Counted from the first letter of the stretch, positions 16,047 through 26,324 are shown. The stretch is 64,000 nucleotides of DNA from an uncultured Acidobacteriota bacterium (GCA_963827655.1 CAWHCF010000008.1:178346-242345); one strand, 5' to 3'. Program-made: numbers and translations. The notes: generated by a model from the sequence alone, not told the origin.

Positions 16047-17663
16047 CTACCTGCCCGCCGAGAAGGATGCCCCGGTTTTACCCCTGGCAGTAGACCGGAC
16101 TGGAGCCCGATCTTTTAGCAGCTTGTACTTCACGCCGTCGGCCAGTGCCAGGTAGCTGGCTTGCAGTATGTTCTCGGAGACTCCCACGGTTGTCCAACTT
16201 TCTTGGCCGTCGCTCTGCTGCACCAGCACGCGCACTCGCGCGCCAGTTCCCTGGCTGGCGTCAAGCACACGGACTTTGTAGTCTGTCAGCTGCACGTGCC
16301 GCAGCGGTTCGAAGAACTGGTGCAGCGCGTTGTGGAGAGCTCGATCGAGCGCATGGACCGGACCGTCCCCTTCCGCTACCGTGTGGACTACCCTGTCACC
16401 CAGACGGATCTTAACCGTGGCCTCTGACGTGATCTCGCCATCCCGGCGCATCTCCGTCACCACGCGGAAGTTTTCTATCGCAAAGAACTCCTGCTCTCCG
16501 TGGATAGCGGTTTCGAGCAGAACACGAAGCGAAGCTTCGGCTGCTTCAAATTCATATCCCTCATTCTCGAGTTTCTTGAGTTGTTGTAAGGCCAGCCTAA
16601 GATCGGTGTCGTCGTCACCGATTTGCATTCCCATTTCCCGCGCCTTGTAGATCAGATTGCTCTTGCCCGAGAGCTCAGAAACCAACACCCGCCGGGCATT
16701 TCCCACCAGCTCTGGAGATATGTGTTCGTAGGTAGCGGTGTCCTTCATTACCGCGCTCACATGGATGCCTCCCTTGTGGGCGAAGGCGCTGTCGCCGACA
16801 AAGGGTAAATCTTTTCGGTGGGGAAGGTTGGCGATCTGGCTGATGAATTTTGAAGTGCTGGCTAGAGTCGGCAGACGGTCCCGGCCTATCGAGGTGTATC
16901 CCATCTTTAACTCGAGATTAGGAATGACGGAGCAGAGATTTGCGTTGCCGCATCGTTCGCCATAGCCGTTCATGGTTCCCTGGACCTGCACAACGCCACT
17001 CTCAACCGCTGCCAGACTGTTGGCCACGGCGAGCTCCCCGTCATTGTGAGCATGGATACCCAGCGGGAGAGTCACTACTTCCCGGGCTTGCCGGACGCCG
17101 TTGCGGATGTGGGACGTCAGGCTGCCTCCGTTCGTGTCGCACAGAACGATTGTATCTGCTCCGCCTGCGGCAGCGGCCTGAATGGTAGCCAGTGCGTAAT
17201 CTGAGTTCGCGGCAAGCCCATCGAAAAAGTGTTCGGCGTCGTAGATCACCTCGCGCCCCTGCGATTTCATATAGGCTACCGAGTCGCGGATCAAAGCGAG
17301 ATTCTTGTCGAGCGGGATCTTGAGGGCTGCGGTTACATGAAGATCCCACGATTTTCCAAAAATAGTGACGGTTGGTGTTGAAGCTTCCAATAGCGCCTTC
17401 AGATTGGAATCATGGTGCGGAAGGTTTCTAGGATGGGCCGTACTTCCGAACGCAGCGAGCCGGGCGGTATGCCAGGTCAGCGAAGAGGCGCGGCGGAAGA
17501 ATTCCGCATCCTTGTCATTGGAACCGGGCCAGCCGCCTTCGATGTAGCTGACTCCGACCTGGTCCAGTTCTCTCGCCACGCGAATCTTGTCTTCAACCGA
17601 AAATGCCACGCTTTCGCTCTGGGTGCCGTCTCGAAGGGTTGTGTCGTAGATCTGGATTCTCAT
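16047..17663 (-). CDS. cimA: Citramalate synthase
   Basis: YDTTLRDGTQ, IEGGWPGSN, GKSWDLHV, YDAEHFFDG, HKGGIHVSAV, FEAAEAS; LeuA-type regulatory domain. Confidence 0.93.
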   Translation of the reverse strand: MRIQIYDTTLRDGTQSESVAFSVEDKIRVARELDQVGVSYIEGGWPGSNDKDAEFFRRASSLTWHTARLAAFGSTAHPRNLPHHDSNLKALLEASTPTVTIFGKSWDLHVTAALKIPLDKNLALIRDSVAYMKSQGREVIYDAEHFFDGLAANSDYALATIQAAAAGGADTIVLCDTNGGSLTSHIRNGVRQAREVVTLPLGIHAHNDGELAVANSLAAVESGVVQVQGTMNGYGERCGNANLCSVIPNLELKMGYTSIGRDRLPTLASTSKFISQIANLPHRKDLPFVGDSAFAHKGGIHVSAVMKDTATYEHISPELVGNARRVLVSELSGKSNLIYKAREMGMQIGDDDTDLRLALQQLKKLENEGYEFEAAEASLRVLLETAIHGEQEFFAIENFRVVTEMRRDGEITSEATVKIRLGDRVVHTVAEGDGPVHALDRALHNALHQFFEPLRHVQLTDYKVRVLDASQGTGARVRVLVQQSDGQESWTTVGVSENILQASYLALADGVKYKLLKDRAPVRSTARGKTGASFSAGR

Positions 17664-17683
17664 TTACGTCTCCGCTTGAATGC

Positions 17684-17723
17684 AAAAACAAAAAGGCCCT
17701 CACCCGCCTGGCGGATGAGGGCC
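17684..17723 (-). terminator. Attenuator terminator upstream of cimA
   Basis: Minus strand GGCCCTCATCCGC-CAG-GCGGGTGAGGGCC followed by TTTTTGTTTTT. Confidence 0.9.
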
Positions 17724-17748
17724 CGATGCTGCCGCAAAGTACGGACCT

Positions 17749-17811
17749 CTATCCGCCGGGGGAAGGCCCCCGGATAATAATGGCGATGATTCCAACAATC
17801 AGACTGGTCAT
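17749..17811 (-). CDS. Ile-rich leader peptide of cimA (MTSLIVGIIAIIIRGPSPGG)
   Basis: 20 aa ORF with 6 Ile codons, directly upstream of alternative hairpins and the terminator; below the ORF-track size cutoff. Confidence 0.88.
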   Translation of the reverse strand: MTSLIVGIIAIIIRGPSPGG

Positions 17812-17850
17812 GTCGTTTGACTCGAAAACAAGCTCACGCGCGATCAGTTG

Positions 17851-17879
17851 AGGATGGCACAGTCGCCAGTTTTTGTAAA
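17851..17879 (-). promoter_or_regulatory. Putative promoter of the cimA leader
   Basis: TTTACA-17 bp-CATCCT with TGn extension. Confidence 0.45.
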
Positions 17880-18312
17880 TACTTTAATCTGTCGGGTTCC
17901 GGTCCGTCTCACGACCAAGGTGCAGTTTCTCCTTGGATTGTGAAGAAGCGGTTGAATCGCCCGAGATCTTTCTGCGAAGCTACGGCCTTGATCAATCGAG
18001 CCTTGAAACTACGAGTGGGTTCCGGTCGGATGGCGAACCTCAATTTGAATTCCTTGATGTGAACAAGATCCGGTGCCCTCTGGTCAACCAGTGCTGCGAG
18101 TGTGCTTGTTCGTCCTTTTGGGCGGAAATGATCATCGTGCAGGGATCATTACACGACCTGGCTCTGAATCAGAGCTTCTCGAGAGGCTCGTATGTCCGCA
18201 GGGCGTCTGGCACGAAACAGGGTGGGGAATCGCCGGAGGGCGGTAACATCTTCGAGGTTACCATGCGGCGGCGCGGCGCCAGAAAATGAGCCTTTCTTGA
18301 TGAGGGGAAACT

Positions 18313-18834
18313 ATGGCTGTGTTTGACTCCAAGGATCTTCGGCTCGCCTGTGGCCATTTTCTAACGGGGATCACAATCGTAACCGTCCGCTCCGCAGACG
18401 GCGTTCCTCACGGAGTCACGGTAAACTCCTTTACCTCCGTCTCGCTCGATCCACCACTGGTGCTCGTCTGCCTGGACAACCGCCTGGGTTCCTATCATGC
18501 ATTCCGGATGGGGTGTGCCTTTGCAGTTCATATTCTCGCCGATCACCAGGTGGAGCTATCGCATCGTTTTGCGCAACGCGGCACTGATAAATTCGCCGGC
18601 TTGAGATGGGACGAAGGACTGGACGGTGTACCGATTCTTGCCGACTACCTGGCGCTCTTCGAGTGCCGAGTGGTTGACACACATGGCAGCGGTGATCACA
18701 CCATATTCATCGGTCAGGTTGAGCGAATCGAGATAAAGGCGGACAGGCGCCTGCCCTTGGGCTTTTTTCGTGGGAACTATATCAAGGTGCAGGAAGCCCG
18801 CCTCGGCGAAACCACCCGGGAGCCGGAACTCTGA
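18313..18834 (+). CDS. Flavin reductase family protein
   Basis: FLTGITIVT, TVNSFTSVSLDPPLVL, GDHTIFIG. Confidence 0.93.
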   Translation: MAVFDSKDLRLACGHFLTGITIVTVRSADGVPHGVTVNSFTSVSLDPPLVLVCLDNRLGSYHAFRMGCAFAVHILADHQVELSHRFAQRGTDKFAGLRWDEGLDGVPILADYLALFECRVVDTHGSGDHTIFIGQVERIEIKADRRLPLGFFRGNYIKVQEARLGETTREPEL

Positions 18835-19062
18835 AGGCAGCCAGCTAATGTGTCTCCATCCGAACCTTAGACCCGTTGACCATTGACATAAACGACTTGC
18901 TGATGGTCAATGATGAATTGACGGGATTGCCTCCCCTCGGATTGGTACCAATCCGAAGATTGCGAAAACCAGGAACTCCAGCGTCGCGCAAGTGAGCTGA
19001 TCTCACGCGGTTACGCCGGCCCGCGAGCGTGGGCGCGTCCCGGCAACTCGCTTTTCCAACGC

Positions 19063-21603
19063 TCATTCGTAACGCAGCGCGACCATCGGATCGACCCGTG
19101 ACGCCCGGCGTGCGGGGATGTACCCCGCCAGCGCCGAGACCAGAATCATCACCACCATCGCCACCGCCATCGTGGCCAGGTCAGTCGGCGCGAGGCCGAA
19201 GAGAAGCGTGGCGACGAAACCGGCGCCGGAGAAGGCCATCGCGAGGCCGGCCACCACGCCGATCGCGACGAGCAGCATCGATTCGCGCATGATGAGACTC
19301 AGCACGTCCTGGCGCTGGGCGCCCAACGCCATGCGGATCCCGATCTCGTTCGTCCGGCGCGAGACGTTGTATGACATCAACCCGAACAGCCCGATCGCTG
19401 CCAGCAGCAGCGCGATGCCGCCGAAGAGCGTATACGCCTGCGCAAAGACCTTTTCCTGGAGGAAGCGGCGCTCGATCTGCTCGATCTGCGTCGAGACGTC
19501 CATCATCGGCAGGTTTGGGTCGATCTGCCGGACTGCCTCGCGGATCGCGCCGGTTACGACCACGGGCGCGCCGGCGGTCCGGATCGCGAACACCGCGTTG
19601 CCAAGCCGCGTCTGCAGGTAGGGTACGTACATCGTCGTCGGCGCGGCGTCGCGGACGCTGTCGTACTTCGCGTCGCGAAGGACTCCGACGATTTCGAGCT
19701 CGCCACTCGTCTCCTGGCTCGAACCGAACCGCCGGCCGATCGGGTTCTCGTTCGGGAAGTACCTTCGCGCCGCAGCCTCGTTGATGACGACGACCTTGGG
19801 GGCCGTCTCGTGATCGCGTTCCGTGAAGCCGCGGCCGAGCACCACCGGGATGCCCATGACATCGAAGAAGTTCGGCGAGACGACCAGACGGTTGATGCTG
19901 TCGCGCTGCGAGTTGTCGGCCGGGTAGACGCGTCCCTGGACGAAAATGCTCGTCGAGTTTACGCTGCCCGAGAGGAGCGCCGGCTGCGACATCGCGGCGG
20001 CCCGGACGCCGGACACGTGTCCCAGCCGCTCGATCATGTCGCGGTACAAGGCCGGCATCCGCTTCTCGTCGTAGCGGTTCAGCTGGGGATTGACGCGAAA
20101 CAGCAGCAGGTTCTGCGGGTTGAATCCAACGTCGACGCGGCGCAGGTTATGCAGCGTGCGAAGAAAGAGTCCCGCGCCGACGAGCAGGACAAGCGAGATG
20201 GCTACCTGCGCGATCAGGAGCGTCTTGCCGAGCATGCTGCGGGATCCGACGACGGTTCGGCTGGTTTCCTTCAGGGCCGAGCTGAGGTTGATGCTGGTGC
20301 CGCGAAGCGCCGGGGCGATACCGAAAAGGACTCCGGTTCCGCCGGTCACGACCAGAACGAAGGCCAGAATCCGCCAGTCGAGCGTCGTCATCTGGCCCGG
20401 CGCGCCGGGCAGCAGCAGCTTACCCCAGTACCCGACCATGATCCCCAGTGCGCCGCCGATCGCGGCGAGAACAAGGCTCTCGGTCAGGAGTTGCCGGATC
20501 AGCCTCCCGCGGGTGGCGCCGAGCGACAGCCGCACGGAAAGCTCCTTCTGACGCGTGGTCGCCCGCGAGAGCAGCAGATTCGCCACGTTGGCGCAGACGA
20601 TCAGCAGCACCAGGGCGACGACAACACTCAGGATCGTGACCGCGCGCAGGTCGTTCGTGTTCACGTCGTATACGCCGTGCCGCGCCGGCTCGACTCGCAG
20701 ACGTGGCACTTCAGTGCGGGCGCGATTGGCCGCAGTGCCGCGATCTTGCTCCGAAAGGGATTTCAGGTACGAATCGAGCCCGGCGCGTGCGGTATGCTGG
20801 AAGACCGTCTCGAACGAGGCCTGCACCTGGGCGGCCGTGACCCCGGGCTTCAGCCGGCCCATGACCTGCAGCCACCAGTAGGTCGGCTGGCTCAGTCTGG
20901 GAGGCCCGCTGCCCGTGCCCGTGCTGAGCTGCGGATCGAGCGCGAGCGGCAACGAGATGTCCGGCGGCTCACCGACGGGCTGCTGAATGCCGGTGAACTG
21001 CGGGACGATCACCCCTACGATGGTGACCGGGATGTTGTTAACGCGCACGGTCTTGCCGACGACGGCCGGATCGGTCGCGAAGCGCGAGTGCCAGTACTTG
21101 GAGCTGATCACGGCAACCGGCGGCGCCGTAGGTGTGTCGTCCTCAGGGAGGATCGTGCGCCCGAGCCGCGCGCCGACGGAAAGCACGCGGAAGTAGTTGC
21201 CCGAGGAGATGAATGCCGTCGCAATCTCCGCCTGGCCGTCCACCACGACGTTGACCCGGCCGAACGGCGCGCATGCGAACAGATCGTTCATGGTCTGGTT
21301 GTCGGCCACGAACTGCTGGAACATCGGATACGAAAACGTGGAGCGCACATTCTGGCCGCCCGGACCTCTGGTCGGGAATCCGTAGTCGCTCGAGCTGGTG
21401 ACCATGTCGTTGCGACCCGTATACCTGAACCGCACGAGCGTGTGCGGGTCCTTGACCGGGATGTCGGTCAGCAGCAGCCCGTTGATCGCGCTGAACAGTG
21501 CCGTGTTCGCGCCGATGCCGAGCGCCAGCGAGAGGACGATCACGGTAGTCCAGCCTTTTGCCTGCCACAGAATCCGGAGGGCGTACCGCAGATCTTTGGT
21601 CAT
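19063..21603 (-). CDS. ADOP-type (MacB/FtsX duplicated) ABC permease
   Basis: DLRYALR, LALGIGANTALFS, CANVANLLLSR, RLIRQLLTES, EIGIRMALGA, PARRASRVDPMVALRYE. Confidence 0.95.
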   Translation of the reverse strand: MTKDLRYALRILWQAKGWTTVIVLSLALGIGANTALFSAINGLLLTDIPVKDPHTLVRFRYTGRNDMVTSSSDYGFPTRGPGGQNVRSTFSYPMFQQFVADNQTMNDLFACAPFGRVNVVVDGQAEIATAFISSGNYFRVLSVGARLGRTILPEDDTPTAPPVAVISSKYWHSRFATDPAVVGKTVRVNNIPVTIVGVIVPQFTGIQQPVGEPPDISLPLALDPQLSTGTGSGPPRLSQPTYWWLQVMGRLKPGVTAAQVQASFETVFQHTARAGLDSYLKSLSEQDRGTAANRARTEVPRLRVEPARHGVYDVNTNDLRAVTILSVVVALVLLIVCANVANLLLSRATTRQKELSVRLSLGATRGRLIRQLLTESLVLAAIGGALGIMVGYWGKLLLPGAPGQMTTLDWRILAFVLVVTGGTGVLFGIAPALRGTSINLSSALKETSRTVVGSRSMLGKTLLIAQVAISLVLLVGAGLFLRTLHNLRRVDVGFNPQNLLLFRVNPQLNRYDEKRMPALYRDMIERLGHVSGVRAAAMSQPALLSGSVNSTSIFVQGRVYPADNSQRDSINRLVVSPNFFDVMGIPVVLGRGFTERDHETAPKVVVINEAAARRYFPNENPIGRRFGSSQETSGELEIVGVLRDAKYDSVRDAAPTTMYVPYLQTRLGNAVFAIRTAGAPVVVTGAIREAVRQIDPNLPMMDVSTQIEQIERRFLQEKVFAQAYTLFGGIALLLAAIGLFGLMSYNVSRRTNEIGIRMALGAQRQDVLSLIMRESMLLVAIGVVAGLAMAFSGAGFVATLLFGLAPTDLATMAVAMVVMILVSALAGYIPARRASRVDPMVALRYE

Positions 21604-21929
21604 GAAGTTCTGAACGGTGAGTTATGAGTCATGGGCGCCGGAGCCAAGGCGAAGCTCCGGAGACCAGAGCCGGGTACCTCACACTAACAGACAATAGACG
21701 TCTGACTGTCCCTTTTGGTTTGAAATCGGCAGTGCAGCGGGATCAGATCGGTAAGTCGACACGATGGCTCCTGTCAGAAGCTGAAAGGGACTGACCGCAG
21801 GAGAACCGTGGATCCAAAACACAGTTCCTTTCGACTATCCGCCGTAAAGAAGTAGCGGGCTGCTCGCCTCTGAACTCCATCTTGTTCGGCCCTCGATGCA
21901 TTGAGAGAGAACGCTTGGAGGATAACGTG

Positions 21930-22198
21930 ATGCCGGCCTCCAACGACCAATCTCTGCTGAAGAAACGACTCGGCGATTTCGAGATCGTCCGTGAGATCGG
22001 TCGCGGCGCACCAGGGGCAGGCGAGCTTCCTCATCGGACTGGCCCGGCTGGCCGACGGGGAACCGGGAGGAGGCACGCAGACAGTTCGAGGCGGCGGCCA
22101 TGGGCTTCATCTGCGCGGACTTCCACTGGTGGAGCCGGGCGTACCTGGCCCGCATGAAGCAGGACCGCGACTGGCCGCGGTGGATTCCGGCGAAATAG
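21930..22198 (+). pseudogene. Internally deleted Ser/Thr kinase remnant
   Basis: GGAGGA RBS + MPASNDQSLLKKRLGDFEIVREIGRG (kinase subdomain I) joined out of frame to a TPR-like tail ending WWSRAYLARMKQDRDWPRWIPAK*. Confidence 0.6.
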
Positions 22199-22202
22199 TG
22201 AA

Positions 22203-23267
22203 TTACGCACTATCCTGCCCTCGTTCACGGACCAGCGCTGACAGAAATTGCACAGCCCGACATTCGCCCCAGTAACCGTCCTGGTCTGTCCGGGTTGCGG
22301 GGCGAAGTCCCAAAAAACCAGTGTGGCCGCCATACTCGGTGGCGACCAGTCTCAGAAAGGGGTTTTCTTCGATCTTGGCATCGCGAAAGGACTGGAACGG
22401 AATCATGGGATCGTCTTTGGACTGGATCAACAGAGTCGGTACACGGATGTTCTTCAGCAAAGGCGCCGAACTCGCGATCCGGTAGTAGTTATCGGCTGTG
22501 CCAAAGCCGAAATGGGGAGCCGTGACGACGTCGTCAAATTCGTAGATGGTCTGAACGCGCTCCAACTTGTTCAGGTCGGCGATTTCTGGAAAGAGCGCCG
22601 CCTTTCGTCTTATTCGCTCTTTCAGACGCCGGACGAAGTACCTCTGATAGAACCAGTTCTGCGGTTCGAGCATCTTCAATGCGCACAGCCGCAGATCAAT
22701 CGGCGGGCTCAGTACGGCGATTCCACGGACGTAATCGGAAGCTTCGGGTCCCTGTTCGCCCAGGAATTTCAGAAGGATGTTGGCGCCGAGAGAGACGCCG
22801 GCGCCGTAGATCTCCGTCAGCCCGATTCTTTCTTGCAGATGGCGCACAATCATGATGACGTCCTGAGAAAGCCCGGCGCAATACAGTGTCGGAGTCAGGT
22901 GCTCCGTGCCTCCGCAATTGCGCGTGTTGATTCTCAAGGTGTGAAATCCCTTGTGAAACGCCTTCTTGCTCAGACCGATCACGTAGTGGGATTGCGCGCT
23001 GCCCTCCAGGCCATGGAGCAGGAAAAGAGCCGGCGAATCCGATCGTCGGCCGGGCTGCCATGATGCTTCGGCCCTCAGTTTGCCGTCGCTGCCCAGGTCA
23101 ATCTCCAGCGTTTCCCATTTCTCCCAACCGAAACCCCAGCGGCGCGGCTTGCGGGCGGCGATTACGGTCTGCAGATGCCCATTCCTCAACCATCGGGCAG
23201 GTCGAAACGGAGGAAATTCGAGGCTGAGACCAGCTGGTTTTTGTATGATTTGTGGCTTGTTCTTCAT
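22203..23267 (-). CDS. YheT-family alpha/beta hydrolase
   Basis: NGHLQT, LHGLEGS, RNCGG, GVSLGAN, DDPMIP, GGHTGF. Confidence 0.9.
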   Translation of the reverse strand: MKNKPQIIQKPAGLSLEFPPFRPARWLRNGHLQTVIAARKPRRWGFGWEKWETLEIDLGSDGKLRAEASWQPGRRSDSPALFLLHGLEGSAQSHYVIGLSKKAFHKGFHTLRINTRNCGGTEHLTPTLYCAGLSQDVIMIVRHLQERIGLTEIYGAGVSLGANILLKFLGEQGPEASDYVRGIAVLSPPIDLRLCALKMLEPQNWFYQRYFVRRLKERIRRKAALFPEIADLNKLERVQTIYEFDDVVTAPHFGFGTADNYYRIASSAPLLKNIRVPTLLIQSKDDPMIPFQSFRDAKIEENPFLRLVATEYGGHTGFLGLRPATRTDQDGYWGECRAVQFLSALVRERGQDSA

Positions 23268-23311
23268 GCTCTTACCGCGGAGACTCCAAGGCGATAGGGT
23301 ATAATTCGGAA

Positions 23312-23962
23312 ATGCCAGACCCGAAGCCTGTTCGCCCATCTTTCGTGATTGTCGTCGGAGGACACTCCCGTAATATCGGCAAGACCTCTGTGGCAGCAGC
23401 TTTGATCGCGGCGTTCCCCCAGCTCGGCTGGACTGCCATGAAGATCACCCAGTTCGGGCACGGAATCTGTTCGGCTAGCGGCCGCGAGTGCGGCTGCGCC
23501 ATCGACGAACACGCGTATGCAATCATGGAAGAGCGCAATCGGGAAGGGCGAACCGATACCTCGCGCTTCCTGGTCTCAGGCGCTCGACGCTCTTTTTGGG
23601 TGCGCACGAAGCAGGGGCGATTGGCGCTGGCAATGCCAGAACTGGAGACTTTTTTCCGCACCGATCCTTTCGTAATAATCGAGAGTAACAGCATCCTCCG
23701 TTTTCTGATTCCCGACGTCTATATGGTGGTCCTGAAACCGGAGGTTGATGATTTCAAGCAGAGCGCACGAGAGTTTCTAGGGAAGGCGGACGCGGCGGTT
23801 GTAGTGGAATCGAAGCGCTCTCTTCCGTCCTGGGAATGCGTGCCGGCCGCGCAATTGAACAGGCTTCCCATGTTCCAGGTAGCCCCCCCGGAATTCTTTT
23901 CGCAAGAACTGAAAGATTTTGTCGGATCACGCCTCAAAACGGTCCTGACTGGTCTGCCATGA
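23312..23962 (+). CDS. P-loop-containing conserved hypothetical protein (MobB-like)
   Basis: VIVVGGHSRNIGKTS Walker-A-like, CSASGRECGC, DTSRFL, IESNS. Confidence 0.7.
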   Translation: MPDPKPVRPSFVIVVGGHSRNIGKTSVAAALIAAFPQLGWTAMKITQFGHGICSASGRECGCAIDEHAYAIMEERNREGRTDTSRFLVSGARRSFWVRTKQGRLALAMPELETFFRTDPFVIIESNSILRFLIPDVYMVVLKPEVDDFKQSAREFLGKADAAVVVESKRSLPSWECVPAAQLNRLPMFQVAPPEFFSQELKDFVGSRLKTVLTGLP

Positions 23963-24017
23963 ATCGAGTTTCCAAGAACGGGTAGCGTCTTAGGGTTCTG
24001 CGCGAGCCCCAGGGCCG

Positions 24018-24461
24018 TTATGGTACTTCTGACTGGGTCTTGACCGGGCTGGTTCGCGGTTGTCTCTTCGCAACATTGCTTTTCACAAAATCAACAATCT
24101 CGTCGAGCGAGCTACCCGGAGGAAAAATCTCCGAGACGCCGAGCTCCTTCAACTTCGCGATGTCGGGGTCCGGAATAATTCCCCCGCCAAAGACAAGAAC
24201 GTCATCCAGCCCCTTCTGCCTTACCAGGTCCATGATTCGAGGGAAAAGGTGCATGTGAGCTCCGGAAAGAATCGAAAGCCCGATGGCGTCCACATCTTCC
24301 TGGAGCGCAGCGTTGACAATCTGCTCCGGAGTCTGGCGCAGGCCTGTGTAGATGACCTCCATCCCGGCATCTCGCAGGGCGCGAGCAATGACTTTGGCCC
24401 CCCTGTCGTGACCATCCAAACCCGGCTTGGCAACCAGCACGCGAATCTTCATTTCAGCCAC
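24018..24461 (-). CDS. icmB: Cobalamin-binding small subunit of acyl-CoA mutase
   Basis: [10 protein letters not shown] (DxHxxG), [15 protein letters not shown]; adjacent to large subunit. Confidence 0.85.
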   Translation of the reverse strand: MAEMKIRVLVAKPGLDGHDRGAKVIARALRDAGMEVIYTGLRQTPEQIVNAALQEDVDAIGLSILSGAHMHLFPRIMDLVRQKGLDDVLVFGGGIIPDPDIAKLKELGVSEIFPPGSSLDEIVDFVKSNVAKRQPRTSPVKTQSEVP

Positions 24462-24466
24462 GGCCT

Positions 24467-26092
24467 TTAATCAAACAGAGGTTCGCGGTATTCGCCGAAG
24501 ACTTCCCGGAGAGCATCGCACGTCTCACCAAGGGTGGCATAGGCTCGAACGCACTCCAGAATCGGCGGTAAGAGGTTGCCGGTCCCCTCCGCGGCTCTCT
24601 TCAGATCCGTCAGGCTCCGATCCACACGCTGGTTGTTTCTTTCTGAGCGAAGTGCCCGGAGTTTGGCAGCCTGTCGCTCATGTGCCGAATCGTCGATTAC
24701 CAGGACATCGACAGGACCCGGGTCTTCGACGACAAATTCGTTCACGCCTACAATTATTTTTTCCTTGCGGTCGACTGCCCGGGCGAACTGATAAGACGCG
24801 TTTTGGATTTCACGTTGCGGGTAGCCGCGTTCAATCGCCGCTACCATCCCGCCCATCGCATCGATCCGGGCGAAGTATTCCAGGCAGGCTTCTTCCAACT
24901 GGTTCGTCATCGATTCGACAAAGTACGAACCGGCCAGAGGATCCACCGTGTTGGGAACGCCGCTTTCGTGAGCGATGATCTGTTGAGTTCGCAGCGCCAG
25001 AGTCACGGCTTTCTCTGTGGGCAAGCCCAGCGTCTCGTCAAGAGAGTTTGTGTGGAGCGATTGAGTTCCGCCGAGGACCGCCGCCATGGCCTGTAACGCA
25101 ACACGCACGACATTGTTGTAGGGCTGCTGGGCCGTGAGAGAAACGCCGGCAGTCTGTGAATGAATCCGGCAGAGAAGCGATCGAGGGTCTTCGGCGTGAA
25201 ATCGTTCCTTCATAACCCTCGCCCAGATCCGTCGCGCCGCGCGCAACTTGCCAATCTCTTCGAAGAAGTCGTTGTGGATATCGAAGAAGAAACTCAGGCG
25301 GGGCGCAAAAGCATCCACGGCCAGCCCGGCTCGGAGGGCATGTTCGACGTATTCGATGCCGTCCCGCAGCGTGAACGCGAGTTCCTGATCGGCAGTGGAT
25401 CCTGCCTCCCGAATATGATAGCCGCTGATTGAAATCGTGTTCCAGCGCGTCACATTGGCGCAAGCAAAGGCGAGGATGTCTGTAATGATGCGCATGGACG
25501 GGCGGGGAGGGTAGATGTAAGTCTTTTGCGCGATATACTCTTTGAGTATGTCGTTTTGTATCGTGCCCGAGAGGTCCTTCCACTCTACTCCCTGTTTCTC
25601 GGCGGTAACCAGGTACATGCTCCAGATGATTGCCGCGGGAGCATTGGTGGTCATCGAGGTGGTTACCTGATCGAGCCTGATGCCATCGAAAAGGGCTTCC
25701 ATGTCGGCTAGAGAATCGATGGCCACCCCGCAGCGTCCCACCTCGCCGTACGAAAGCGGGTTATCCGAGTCATACCCAAAGAGGGTAGGGTAGTCGAAGG
25801 CTACCGAGAGGCCCGTCTGGCCGTGTTCGAGAAGATACTTAAAGCGAAGGTTCGTGTCTTCAGGCGTGCCAAATCCGGCGAATTGCCGCATCGTCCAAAG
25901 CCGGCCGCGGTACATGTTCTTGTACACACCGCGCGTAAACGGGTATTCGCCAGGCTGGCCGAGATCCCGGTGAGGAGCGAAACCCGACAGGTCTTCTTCG
26001 GTGTAGACTTCCTTAACCGGTCGACCGGAGACTGTGCTGAAAATCCGTTCTCGAGGTGGAGCAACAGTTGTGTGCGGATCGACGGCTTTCAT
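24467..26092 (-). CDS. icmA: Acyl-CoA mutase large subunit, isobutyryl-CoA mutase type
   Basis: [52 protein letters not shown]; no fused B12 domain. Confidence 0.8.
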   Translation of the reverse strand: MKAVDPHTTVAPPRERIFSTVSGRPVKEVYTEEDLSGFAPHRDLGQPGEYPFTRGVYKNMYRGRLWTMRQFAGFGTPEDTNLRFKYLLEHGQTGLSVAFDYPTLFGYDSDNPLSYGEVGRCGVAIDSLADMEALFDGIRLDQVTTSMTTNAPAAIIWSMYLVTAEKQGVEWKDLSGTIQNDILKEYIAQKTYIYPPRPSMRIITDILAFACANVTRWNTISISGYHIREAGSTADQELAFTLRDGIEYVEHALRAGLAVDAFAPRLSFFFDIHNDFFEEIGKLRAARRIWARVMKERFHAEDPRSLLCRIHSQTAGVSLTAQQPYNNVVRVALQAMAAVLGGTQSLHTNSLDETLGLPTEKAVTLALRTQQIIAHESGVPNTVDPLAGSYFVESMTNQLEEACLEYFARIDAMGGMVAAIERGYPQREIQNASYQFARAVDRKEKIIVGVNEFVVEDPGPVDVLVIDDSAHERQAAKLRALRSERNNQRVDRSLTDLKRAAEGTGNLLPPILECVRAYATLGETCDALREVFGEYREPLFD

Positions 26093-26324
26093 GGGAACCC
26101 TTTGCTAAATGGGCAATATAGCGCACTCTTCTGGATTTTCAAAGGGAACCCCCGGATAGGCGGGTCATCTGGAGAAATAGCCCACGGTGTCCTGTGAAGC
26201 TAATGAGAGATACCGGGATTTCTTCCCAGCGGATAACGTGGGTTATCCCTTGCGACGGATTCTAGCGGTTTTGTGGTCAGGACCGGACCGGGGTCGTTGA
26301 CGCGCATGCAACGGCGCTGGTCCT

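Noticed and set aside
17880-18310. ORFs 17817..18062 and 17933..18289 and a possible sigma54 site (TGGCAC)
   Set aside because: No recognisable motifs or RBS; the -12 TTGC element is missing
19810-21627. 605 aa plus-strand ORF
   Set aside because: Antisense shadow of the high-GC ADOP permease with no recognisable domain
26093-26324. Cobalamin riboswitch upstream of the B12 mutase
   Set aside because: No B12-box or other conserved riboswitch motifs recognised
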